From an uncultured Muribaculaceae bacterium (GTDB taxonomy: Bacteria > Bacillota_I > Bacilli_A > RF39 > UBA660): a DNA stretch of 50,129 nt. Both the position numbers and the translations under genes were made by a program. Each line of letters starts with the position of its first letter. Within the stretch, counting starts at the first letter, position 1. The DNA lies in NCBI GenBank assembly GCA_964491535.1, contig CAZBGR010000003.1:1-50129 (forward strand), written 5' to 3'. The notes under the pieces are model-generated. The model saw only the letters and a list, made by a program, of their open reading frames with translations. It did not search any database and had not been told where the DNA came from. Of this stretch, positions 35,129-42,790 are shown one piece after another.

Positions 35129-35983
35129 TTATTTTTTAGTTAAACGATAAAAGTTTAAAGAAGGGGGATTAAACAATCTAAAATTGATAGTTGAGGTGCC
35201 AAGACCTCCTGAGATAAAGAAATCAGTATTATCAATTTTATAATAGGCTTCATAATACTTTTTAGCCCCAAGAGGGGTGATTAGCTTACCAACAAAAGGT
35301 AATCTTACTTGACCGTTATGAGAATGGCCAGCCAAAACTAAATCAAAATGATATTTTTTAATATTATCAAATGTATCAGGAGTATGCATTAGTAATATTT
35401 TATAATTATTATCAATTTCTTCTTCGTTAAAACAAGTTATTACCTCTTTAATATTAGGTTTTCCTTTAATTTCAGATTCAATTCCTCCGATATAAAGCTT
35501 TTCATAATAATGATTGTAAATAATATCGCAATTGTTATTAAGGTTGATGAAATCACTTTCTAATAAAAGCTCATGGTAAGAATTCAAATAAAAATCATGA
35601 TTACCACTAATTGCGTACTTTCCGTAAGTGGCTTTTATTTTTTGGAGTTGTTTAATAACGGTTTTTTCTATATCAGGGCTAAAAATTATATCTTTATCGA
35701 TTAAATCTCCAGTAAAAAAAACTAAATCAGGTTTTAACAAATTAATATTATTGACAATGTGTATTAATTCTTGTTTTTTGATGGTTCTTCCATAATGAAG
35801 ATCACTAAAGTGAACTATTTTAAGCCCGTGAAAATGAGGTGCTAAATGGGCACTAGTAAGTTTATATTCTTTGATAATTAAACCCCTAGTACCTATAAAT
35901 CTCGCCCATAAAAGAATACTAACTAATAAAATACTAAAGAAGATTAAGAACTTAAAGTGAAGTTTTAATTTTTTCTTTTTCAT
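35129..35983 (-). CDS. membrane-anchored metallophosphoesterase (calcineurin-like, YkuE-type)
   Basis: An N-terminal TM helix is followed by the motifs HFSDLHYG, TGDLID, GNHD and GHSHNGQ. Confidence 0.8.
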   Translation of the reverse strand: MKKKKLKLHFKFLIFFSILLVSILLWARFIGTRGLIIKEYKLTSAHLAPHFHGLKIVHFSDLHYGRTIKKQELIHIVNNINLLKPDLVFFTGDLIDKDIIFSPDIEKTVIKQLQKIKATYGKYAISGNHDFYLNSYHELLLESDFINLNNNCDIIYNHYYEKLYIGGIESEIKGKPNIKEVITCFNEEEIDNNYKILLMHTPDTFDNIKKYHFDLVLAGHSHNGQVRLPFVGKLITPLGAKKYYEAYYKIDNTDFFISGGLGTSTINFRLFNPPSLNFYRLTKK

Positions 35984-35993
35984 TAACTACCTC

Positions 35994-36650
35994 CTAAAAA
36001 ACAATTAGATAAAGAATAATTAAGATGCCATTATGAAGAGCATGAAATAAAATAGGTATTAATAAATTATTAGTTTGATAATAAATATAAGCTAAAGCGA
36101 AACCTAAGGCTCCATAGGGAATAATATATAATAAATCCCAATTAGAAGAAAAAGAAGGAATTACATGTGAGGCACTAAATAATAAGGCGCTACTAATTAT
36201 AAATTTCCATTTGTTTTTAATTAAATCTTTTAATATTTGGCGATTTATTATTTCTTCGGTTAAGGGGGCATAGATAATAGTGGAAAAAGCAACAAATAAA
36301 GGGAATGTTTCTAACATATGACGAACTGCTTCTTCATTTTGGGCGATATCGCTAGGCCCATAACTGTTAATGACCCCATTAGAAACCATCATTATTAATA
36401 ATCCCCAGCCCCAGCATTTTAAACCTAGTTTTAAATGTTTTTTCCATTTTAGTTTAAAATCAAGAATATAATTTACAAATTCATGATAATAAGCTCCTAA
36501 TAATAAACCTAAAAATAATAAGTTGAGGGTTATAAGATAAATTATTTTTAAATTATCTTCTAAGTTTTGAACCGTTTGAGTTATCATCATCAAAGGTAAT
36601 AAAATGAAAAAAGCTATTAAAAAGATAATTCCTTTAGTTCGTTTATGCAT
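35994..36650 (-). CDS. CPBP-family intramembrane metalloprotease (Abi/CAAX protease-like)
   Basis: The polytopic protein has the EE motif (PLTEEIINRQ) and downstream histidine motifs (FSASH and FHALHN). Confidence 0.75.
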   Translation of the reverse strand: MHKRTKGIIFLIAFFILLPLMMITQTVQNLEDNLKIIYLITLNLLFLGLLLGAYYHEFVNYILDFKLKWKKHLKLGLKCWGWGLLIMMVSNGVINSYGPSDIAQNEEAVRHMLETFPLFVAFSTIIYAPLTEEIINRQILKDLIKNKWKFIISSALLFSASHVIPSFSSNWDLLYIIPYGALGFALAYIYYQTNNLLIPILFHALHNGILIILYLIVF

Positions 36651-36745
36651 CTTGAAGCCTCCTGTACTTATTTTATTATAGCGAACTTTTGGCTAAAAAG
36701 ATACTTTTTTATGTGAAAAATTTAGGTTATCAGATAATTTTATGG

Positions 36746-36789
36746 TATAATTTAAAAGATGAGCCGAGGGTGAGAGTTTCTCACTTTTT
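36746..36789 (+). promoter_or_regulatory. rimP-nusA-infB operon promoter (-10 TATAAT with TGG upstream) and leader terminator-like hairpin
   Basis: TATAAT lies at 36746-36751. Hairpin GTGAGA-GTT-TCTCAC at 36770-36784 is followed by T5 (36785-36789), about 24 nt before the rimP ATG. Confidence 0.45.
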
Positions 36790-36812
36790 AAAATTAGAAA
36801 GGATTAAAAAAG

Positions 36813-37058
36813 ATGAAACAATCAATTTTAGTCTTAATTAAAGAACCTTTGCAACAAATAGGCATCAAAGTAGATGAAATATTATATGAGGTGAAAAATA
36901 AACAACAATTTTTAAGAATTATTGTTGATAAGGAACCTAATATTGATCTTGATGATTGCGTTGCAGCTACTAAAATTATTAATCCTTTACTTGATAAGGC
37001 TGATTTTTTACCGGAAAAATATATTTTAGATGTTTGTTCAAAGGTGAAGGGAGAGTAA
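36813..37058 (+). CDS. rimP: ribosome maturation factor RimP, N-terminal domain only (C-terminally truncated)
   Basis: The 81-aa ORF resembles the RimP N-domain (LRIIVDKEPNIDLDDCVAATKIINPLLD...YILDVCS). It stops where the SPG motif and the Sm-like C-domain normally follow, and nusA starts 4 nt later. Confidence 0.6.
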   Translation: MKQSILVLIKEPLQQIGIKVDEILYEVKNKQQFLRIIVDKEPNIDLDDCVAATKIINPLLDKADFLPEKYILDVCSKVKGE

Positions 37059-37062
37059 TAAC

Positions 37063-38163
37063 ATGGATGTAAAAGCTTTTATTAAAGCAATTAATTTAAT
37101 TGTGGAAGAAAAAAATATTGATGAAGATGTAATTTGGCAGGCTATGGAATTAGCTTTAACAACGGCTTATAAGAAAAATTTTGATACTTTAACTAATGTT
37201 AAAGTAGATATAAATAAAAAAACAGGGGAAATAAAAGTATTAGCGCTTAAAACAGTAGTTGATAAAATTAATGATGAAAAGACGGAAGTAACTTTAACGG
37301 TCGCTAAAGAGTTAAAGCCTGATATAAAAATCGGAGAAATAATCGAAGAAGAAATAACTCCTAAAGAATTTGGGAGAGTAGCGGCCTCTACGGCTAAACA
37401 AGTACTTATGCAAAGAATTAGAGAAGCGGAAAGAGAAAGTATTATGGAGGAATTCAATAGTAAGCAAGATGAATTAGTATTGGGAAATGTTTCTAGAGAA
37501 GATGTTCATAATTATTATATTGATTTAGGAAGAGCTCATGGGACCTTATCAAAAAGAGAAATAATACCCGGAGAAAAGATAACGATGGGTTCATCAATCA
37601 GGGTTTATATTAGCAAAATAGAAAATAGCCCTAAGGGGCCAAGGATTACCTTGTCGAGGTCTCATTATGGCTTTGTTAAACGCTTATTAGAATTAGAAAT
37701 ACCCGAGTTACAAGAAGGAGTTATAAATCTTTATAGTGTCGCTCGTGATGCCGGTAAGCGGAGCAAAATAGCTGTTTATTCAGAAAATGATAAAATTGAT
37801 CCTATTGGAGCTTGTATTGGAGAAAAAGGAGAACGAATTAATCGAGTAATTGAAGAATTAAGAGGAGAAAAAATTGATCTTATTTTATATGATAAAGATC
37901 CAGCTAAGTTTATTGCCAATGCTTTAAGTCCAGCTAAAGGGTTGAGAATTTATATAACTGATCCTAAGAAGAAAATGGCTTTAGTAGTAGCGGATGGTGA
38001 TGATTTATCATTAGCAATTGGGAAAAAGGGTCAAAATGTACGCTTAGCAGCTCGTCTTACTCATTATCGAATTGATATTAAAACTAAAGAGCAAATTAAA
38101 GAAGAAGGCATTGATTTAAACCAAATCAAGGAGGAAGAGGATGACGAAGAAAATAATTCTTAG
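37063..38163 (+). CDS. nusA: transcription termination/antitermination factor NusA
   Basis: The ORF has NusA N-terminal, S1 and two KH domains (IGACIGEKGERI and AIGKKGQNVRLA) and an acidic tail. Confidence 0.95.
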   Translation: MDVKAFIKAINLIVEEKNIDEDVIWQAMELALTTAYKKNFDTLTNVKVDINKKTGEIKVLALKTVVDKINDEKTEVTLTVAKELKPDIKIGEIIEEEITPKEFGRVAASTAKQVLMQRIREAERESIMEEFNSKQDELVLGNVSREDVHNYYIDLGRAHGTLSKREIIPGEKITMGSSIRVYISKIENSPKGPRITLSRSHYGFVKRLLELEIPELQEGVINLYSVARDAGKRSKIAVYSENDKIDPIGACIGEKGERINRVIEELRGEKIDLILYDKDPAKFIANALSPAKGLRIYITDPKKKMALVVADGDDLSLAIGKKGQNVRLAARLTHYRIDIKTKEQIKEEGIDLNQIKEEEDDEENNS

Positions 38164-38410
38164 AAGTTGTGTCGTTACTAAGGAAAAACATCCTAAAAGA
38201 GATTTAATTAGAATTGTAAAAAATAATAATCAGCAAGTGTTAGTTGATTTAAGTGGCAAAGCTAATGGTAGAGGAGCTTACTTAAAAAAAGAATTTGCAG
38301 TTTTAGAAAAAGCTAAAAAAAGTAAGGTTTTAGAAAAGAGTCTAGGAATTTCTATCCCTGATTGTATATATGAAGAGTTAGAAGAATATATAAATAATTT
38401 AAAAACATAG
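38141..38410 (+). CDS. ylxR: YlxR-family (DUF448) RNA-binding protein
   Basis: RSCVVTKEKHPKRDLIRIV...GRGAYL is the DUF448 signature. The gene overlaps the nusA 3' end by 23 nt. Confidence 0.8.
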   Translation: MTKKIILRSCVVTKEKHPKRDLIRIVKNNNQQVLVDLSGKANGRGAYLKKEFAVLEKAKKSKVLEKSLGISIPDCIYEELEEYINNLKT

Positions 38411-38438
38411 GCTTAAAATAAGAAAGCAGGTGATATTA

Positions 38439-40523
38439 ATGATGACGGTAGCAGAATATGCTTTTGATATTAAAAAATCAGTAGCTGAAGTGTTAGAGAA
38501 ATGTCAGGAATTGAAAATTAAGGTAGCAGATGAAAATGATGTTTTAGAAGAAGAGGCTATTATTGATTTAGATAATGCTTTTGTTGATGATGAGGAAGTA
38601 TTAACTGATGCTGATACTTTAGCTATTATTTCAGAAGCTAAATTAAAAGTTAACGATGAATTAAAAAAAGAAAAGTTAAGGAAAAAACAAGTTAAAGTAA
38701 CTGATGATTTTATTGACAAACGAAAAGCAATGTATAAAAATAAAGAAAAATTAATGTCTAATCTACCAACTAATCAAAAAAACATTGTAATTTATAAAGA
38801 AAAAATGACGGTTACTGATTTAGCGACTTCTTTAAATGAAGATCCGTTATTATTACTTAAAAAGTTAATTAAATTAGGGGTTATGGTTAATATAAATAGT
38901 AATCTTTCTTTTGATGAAGCCGAATTATTAGTTATCGATTATGACATGATTTTAAAAAGGGAAGAAACTCAAGATGAAATTAATTTTGAGAAGTTAGAAT
39001 TAGCTGAAGATGAAACTAATTTAGTAACTAGACCACCAGTGGTTACTATTATGGGTCATGTTGATCATGGTAAAACTAGTTTGTTAGATAAGATTAGAAA
39101 AGCTAATGTGACATCGGGTGAAGCGGGGGGAATAACCCAACATATTGGGACTTATCAAGTAGCTTGGCATAACCAAAAGATAACTTTTATTGATACTCCT
39201 GGTCATGCTGCTTTTACTGAAATGAGAGCTAGAGGGGCTAGTGTTACTGATATTATAATTATTATTGTAGCAGCTGATGATGGGGTAATGACCCAAACCA
39301 AAGAAGTAATAGATCATGCTAAAGCAGCTAAGGTTCCCATTATAGTAGCTATTAATAAAATAGATAAAAAAGAAGCTAATATAGATAAAGTAATGGCTGA
39401 AATAGCTGAAGAAGGTTTAACTCCTGAAGAATGGGGCGGAGAAGTAATTTTTGTTAAATTATCAGCCCTTACTGGAGAAGGAATTTCAGATTTATTAGAT
39501 AGTATTCTTTTAGTAGCCGAAATGGAAGAATTAAAAGCTAATCCTAATCGTTATGCAATGGGTTCAGTTATTGAAGCTAAATTAGATAAAAAAGTTGGTC
39601 CTATGGTAACTTTATTAATTCAAAATGGGACTTTAAGATTAGGGGATCCTATTGTTGTAGGTCATACTTATGGAAAGGTAAGAACCCTAACTGATAGTTT
39701 AGCTAATCATCTTTTAGAAGCGCCACCTTCAATGCCGGTAACGGTAACTGGTTTAAATGATATTCCGACAGCTGGAGACAAATTTATGGCTTTTGAAAGC
39801 GAGAAACAAGCTCGCTCTATCGCTGATATCAGAAGGCAAAAAGCAAAATTAAAGAAATCATTATCAACTACTGACATTTCTTTAGAATCTTTATTTGAAA
39901 ATATTCAAGAAGGAATTAAAGAAATAAAGGTTATTATTAAAACAGATGTTAAAGGGACTGAAGAAGCTATTAAAAACGCTTTAGAAAAGATAGATGTTGA
40001 AGGGGTTAAAGTTAATATTATTCATAGTGGGACTGGAACAATTACTGAAAATGATGTTGTTTTAGCTAAGGCGTCACTAGCAATTATTATTGGTTTTAAT
40101 GTAAAACCTAATAATGAAACTTTAAAGATAGCTAAAGAATCCAAAGTAGAAATAAGATTATATAATATAATTTATAAAGTAGTAGATGATATTGAAGATG
40201 CTATGAAAGGAATGTTAGATCCTCTTTATGAAGAAAAAACATTAGGCCAAGCTGAAATTAGAAAATTATTTAAATTTTCTAAAGTTGGGATAATTGCGGG
40301 GTGCCATGTTATAGAAGGTGTTATTAAAACAGATGTTAAAGCTAGAATTATTAGAGATGGCATAGTTATTTATGATGGTCATATAAAATCATTACAACGA
40401 GAAAAAAATGCGATTAAAGAAGCTAAAGAAGGCTTTGAATGTGGGATTACTATTGAAAATTATAATGATTTAAAAGAAAAAGATATTATTGAAGCTTATC
40501 AAATTGTCGAAATAAAAAGGTGA
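38439..40523 (+). CDS. infB: translation initiation factor IF-2
   Basis: The GTPase motifs MGHVDHGKTSLLD, DTPGH and NKID are present, along with a C-terminal IF-2 domain. The ATG at 38439 follows AGGTGA, whereas the track starts at GTG 38430. Confidence 0.95.
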   Translation: MMTVAEYAFDIKKSVAEVLEKCQELKIKVADENDVLEEEAIIDLDNAFVDDEEVLTDADTLAIISEAKLKVNDELKKEKLRKKQVKVTDDFIDKRKAMYKNKEKLMSNLPTNQKNIVIYKEKMTVTDLATSLNEDPLLLLKKLIKLGVMVNINSNLSFDEAELLVIDYDMILKREETQDEINFEKLELAEDETNLVTRPPVVTIMGHVDHGKTSLLDKIRKANVTSGEAGGITQHIGTYQVAWHNQKITFIDTPGHAAFTEMRARGASVTDIIIIIVAADDGVMTQTKEVIDHAKAAKVPIIVAINKIDKKEANIDKVMAEIAEEGLTPEEWGGEVIFVKLSALTGEGISDLLDSILLVAEMEELKANPNRYAMGSVIEAKLDKKVGPMVTLLIQNGTLRLGDPIVVGHTYGKVRTLTDSLANHLLEAPPSMPVTVTGLNDIPTAGDKFMAFESEKQARSIADIRRQKAKLKKSLSTTDISLESLFENIQEGIKEIKVIIKTDVKGTEEAIKNALEKIDVEGVKVNIIHSGTGTITENDVVLAKASLAIIIGFNVKPNNETLKIAKESKVEIRLYNIIYKVVDDIEDAMKGMLDPLYEEKTLGQAEIRKLFKFSKVGIIAGCHVIEGVIKTDVKARIIRDGIVIYDGHIKSLQREKNAIKEAKEGFECGITIENYNDLKEKDIIEAYQIVEIKR

Positions 40524-40528
40524 AAAAA

Positions 40529-40876
40529 ATGGGAATAAAAAAAGAACGTTTAGCTAGTTTATTACATCAAGAAATAAGTTATATCATTGCTAATGAAATG
40601 CATAATCAAGCTTTAAAGACGGTTACTATTACGGATGTTAAAATTTCTAATGATTTAGGGTATGCTAAAGTATATTTTACTACTCTTTTTGGTAAAAAAA
40701 GAACTATAATAGAAAAAGATTTAAACCAAGGGAAAGGATTTATAAAGAATAAACTTTGTCAGCGAAAAATAAACTTAAGAAAAATGCCCGATTTAGAATT
40801 TGTTTATGATATTTCTTTAGAAGAAGGCGCTAAAATAGAAACTATTATTAAAGAAATAAATAAAAAAACTATTTAA
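40529..40876 (+). CDS. rbfA: ribosome-binding factor A
   Basis: The match is ERLASLLHQEISYII...VTITDVKISNDLGYAKVYF. The ATG at 40529 follows AAGGTGA. An alternative GTG at 40520 overlaps the infB stop. Confidence 0.9.
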   Translation: MGIKKERLASLLHQEISYIIANEMHNQALKTVTITDVKISNDLGYAKVYFTTLFGKKRTIIEKDLNQGKGFIKNKLCQRKINLRKMPDLEFVYDISLEEGAKIETIIKEINKKTI

Positions 40877-40913
40877 TAATAGTTTTCAATTGCTTTAAAA
40901 TTCAAATAAAAAA

Positions 40914-41104
40914 GTAGATTTCCAATCTATACCAAGCTTTTAACATTAGCATTTTTAAATGCTAGGGATAAGCTACAGTAATTAACCTAAATTAATAGGA
41001 GATTACAAATTGATAAAAGCTTGTAAGTATAGGTACACTTAATTTGTTGGATAAACTTATAAAAGTTATCCTCACTTATCCCAATTGTGTTTTTGGAAAC
41101 CTAC
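40914..41104. other. 191-bp noncoding element bounded by a 12-bp imperfect inverted repeat and containing four TTATCC-core DnaA-box-like motifs
   Basis: GTAGATTTCCAA (40914-40925) pairs with TTGGAAACCTAC (41093-41104) at 11/12. The boxes lie at 40963-40971(-), 41046-41054(-), 41066-41074(+) and 41076-41084(+). The track lists no ORF in this gap. Confidence 0.3.
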
Positions 41105-41197
41105 AACTTCATATTAGCACTGAAAAAAGCAAAAAGCAAGCTTTTTTATTATTTTTTATCATTTATTGTCTAAAAGTGTAAATAAGGATGTGAGAAA

Positions 41198-42100
41198 GTG
41201 TCTTTACCAAAGTTAATTGTTATCTTAGGACCTAATGCTTCAGGAAAAACATCACTTAGCATTGAATTAGCTAAAAAATATAATGGAGAAATTGTATCAG
41301 CTGATTCAAGGCAAATATATCAAGGGCTAGATTTAGGAACCGGTAAAGTAAAAAAGAAAGAAGCAAAGGGTATTCCTCATTATATGATTGATATCTTAAA
41401 ACCATTGAAGCCTTTTTCAGTAGCGGCTTTTCAACAACAAGCTCTTTTAATTATTAAAGATATAATTAAAAGGGGAAAAACTCCTTTTTTAGTAGGAGGA
41501 ACAGGTTTATATATTAAAGCAGTTGTCGAAGGTTATCAATTTTCTTCTTTAAAAATTGACAAATCATTACGAGCTAAGTTAGAAACAAAAAGTGTCGAAG
41601 AACTTAGTAATATGTTAAAACAAAGAGTAAGAATGGAATCAATTAAAATAGATGTTAAAAACAAACGAAGATTAATTAGGGCTATAGAAAAAATAGAAGC
41701 CGGCATTGGTTTAGAAGACCAAGAATTAAATCCTCAATTTGATGTTTTAGAATTAGGGATATTATGGCCCAAAGAAACCTTACATGAAAGAATTGAACAA
41801 CGATTAAGCGCTCGCCTTAAAGAAGGTTTAATTAAAGAAGTTGAAGATTTATTAAACAAAGGTATTAATAGAAAATTTTTATATGATCTAGGTTTAGAAT
41901 ATCGTTATACTTTGTGGTATATTGAAGGAAAATTTGCTTCTTTTCAATCTTTTTATGATGAGCTTTATCAAGCGATTAAAAAATTTGCTAAAAGGCAAAT
42001 GACTTGGTTTAAAAAAAATAAAAAAATTATTTGGTTAGATCCAAATAAAAACATAATTAAAGAGGCAAGCTTTGAAATAGATTGTTTTTTAAGAAAGTAA
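41198..42100 (+). CDS. miaA: tRNA dimethylallyltransferase
   Basis: The P-loop GPNASGKTS and SADSRQIYQGLDLGTGK are present in typical MiaA layout. The gene starts at a GTG. Confidence 0.9.
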   Translation: MSLPKLIVILGPNASGKTSLSIELAKKYNGEIVSADSRQIYQGLDLGTGKVKKKEAKGIPHYMIDILKPLKPFSVAAFQQQALLIIKDIIKRGKTPFLVGGTGLYIKAVVEGYQFSSLKIDKSLRAKLETKSVEELSNMLKQRVRMESIKIDVKNKRRLIRAIEKIEAGIGLEDQELNPQFDVLELGILWPKETLHERIEQRLSARLKEGLIKEVEDLLNKGINRKFLYDLGLEYRYTLWYIEGKFASFQSFYDELYQAIKKFAKRQMTWFKKNKKIIWLDPNKNIIKEASFEIDCFLRK

Positions 42101-42165
42101 TATTATTCTTTGTTTTAGTTATATTTTAATAAAAAAACAATATAATAATAGTAACAAGCAATAAA

Positions 42166-42192
42166 TTAGCACTTAAACGACGAAAGTGCCAA
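42166..42192 (+). promoter_or_regulatory. CIRCE-like inverted repeat (candidate HrcA operator)
   Basis: TTAGCACTT-N9-AAGTGCCAA compares with the consensus TTAGCACTC-N9-GAGTGCTAA at 15/18 with exact N9 spacing. It lies 7 bp upstream of the -35 of the hsp20 promoter. Confidence 0.55.
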
Positions 42193-42199
42193 AAAAGTA

Positions 42200-42228
42200 T
42201 TGACAATTTAAAAAATATTAAATATAAT
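42200..42228 (+). promoter_or_regulatory. sigma-A-type promoter of hsp20
   Basis: TTGACA (42200-42205), a 17-nt spacer and TATAAT (42223-42228) are all present, 20 nt upstream of the hsp20 ATG. Confidence 0.6.
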
Positions 42229-42248
42229 TATAAATAGGAGGTGTTAAT

Positions 42249-42662
42249 ATGCATTTAGTACCCAAGAATACTTTTTTTAGGGAAATATTTGATGATTTAT
42301 TTGATGTGCCAGCCATAAGATCAATTGATATAATGAGGTCAGATATTTATGAAGAAGATAATAATTATATCATTGAAGTAGATATTCCTGGATTTAAAAA
42401 GAAAGACATTAAAATCGATTATAATAAAGGATATCTAAACATTAATGCCCAAAGAAAAGAATCAACTGAAGAAGAAGATGAAAATAAAGGCAAAAAGTAC
42501 ATTAGAAAAGAAAGATATTATGGCGAATATAAAAGAAGCTTCTATGTTGGTGACATTGATGAATCATTAATTAAAGCTAATTTTGATGAAGGTACTTTAA
42601 AAGTAAGTTTTCCTAAAAAACAATTAGAAAATGCAAATAAAAAATTAATTGAAATAGAGTAA
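42249..42662 (+). CDS. Hsp20/alpha-crystallin-family small heat shock protein
   Basis: The alpha-crystallin domain reads YIIEVDIPGFKKKDIKIDYNKGYLNINAQR...GEYKRSFYVGD...GTLKVSFPK. Confidence 0.9.
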   Translation: MHLVPKNTFFREIFDDLFDVPAIRSIDIMRSDIYEEDNNYIIEVDIPGFKKKDIKIDYNKGYLNINAQRKESTEEEDENKGKKYIRKERYYGEYKRSFYVGDIDESLIKANFDEGTLKVSFPKKQLENANKKLIEIE

Positions 42663-42678
42663 ATATTACTCTATTTTT
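42652..42678 (+). terminator. intrinsic terminator of hsp20
   Basis: A 10-bp stem AAATAGAGTA/TACTCTATTT with loop AATAT runs into a T-run. It overlaps the stop codon. Confidence 0.7.
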
Positions 42679-42711
42679 ATTTATATCTATTATTTATAAT
42701 GAATTTATTAA

Positions 42712-42790
42712 ATGTTATTTAAGAGTATCAAAAGAAATAATTTTTTAATATACTATAATAGTATTTTATAAAAATTATTTTATGTTATAA
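42712..42790. repeat. 79-bp direct repeat, copy 1 (left flank of IS)
   Basis: This copy is identical base for base to 44911-44989, checked by hand. Confidence 0.9.

Noticed and set aside
41114-41140. A second CIRCE element might lie upstream of miaA, because TTAGCACTG matches the left half-site.
   Set aside because: The sequence 9 nt downstream (AAAAGCAAG) does not resemble the right half-site GAGTGCTAA. The nearby TTAGCA...TGCTA palindrome at 40946-40964 has the wrong arm spacing. Neither qualifies as CIRCE.
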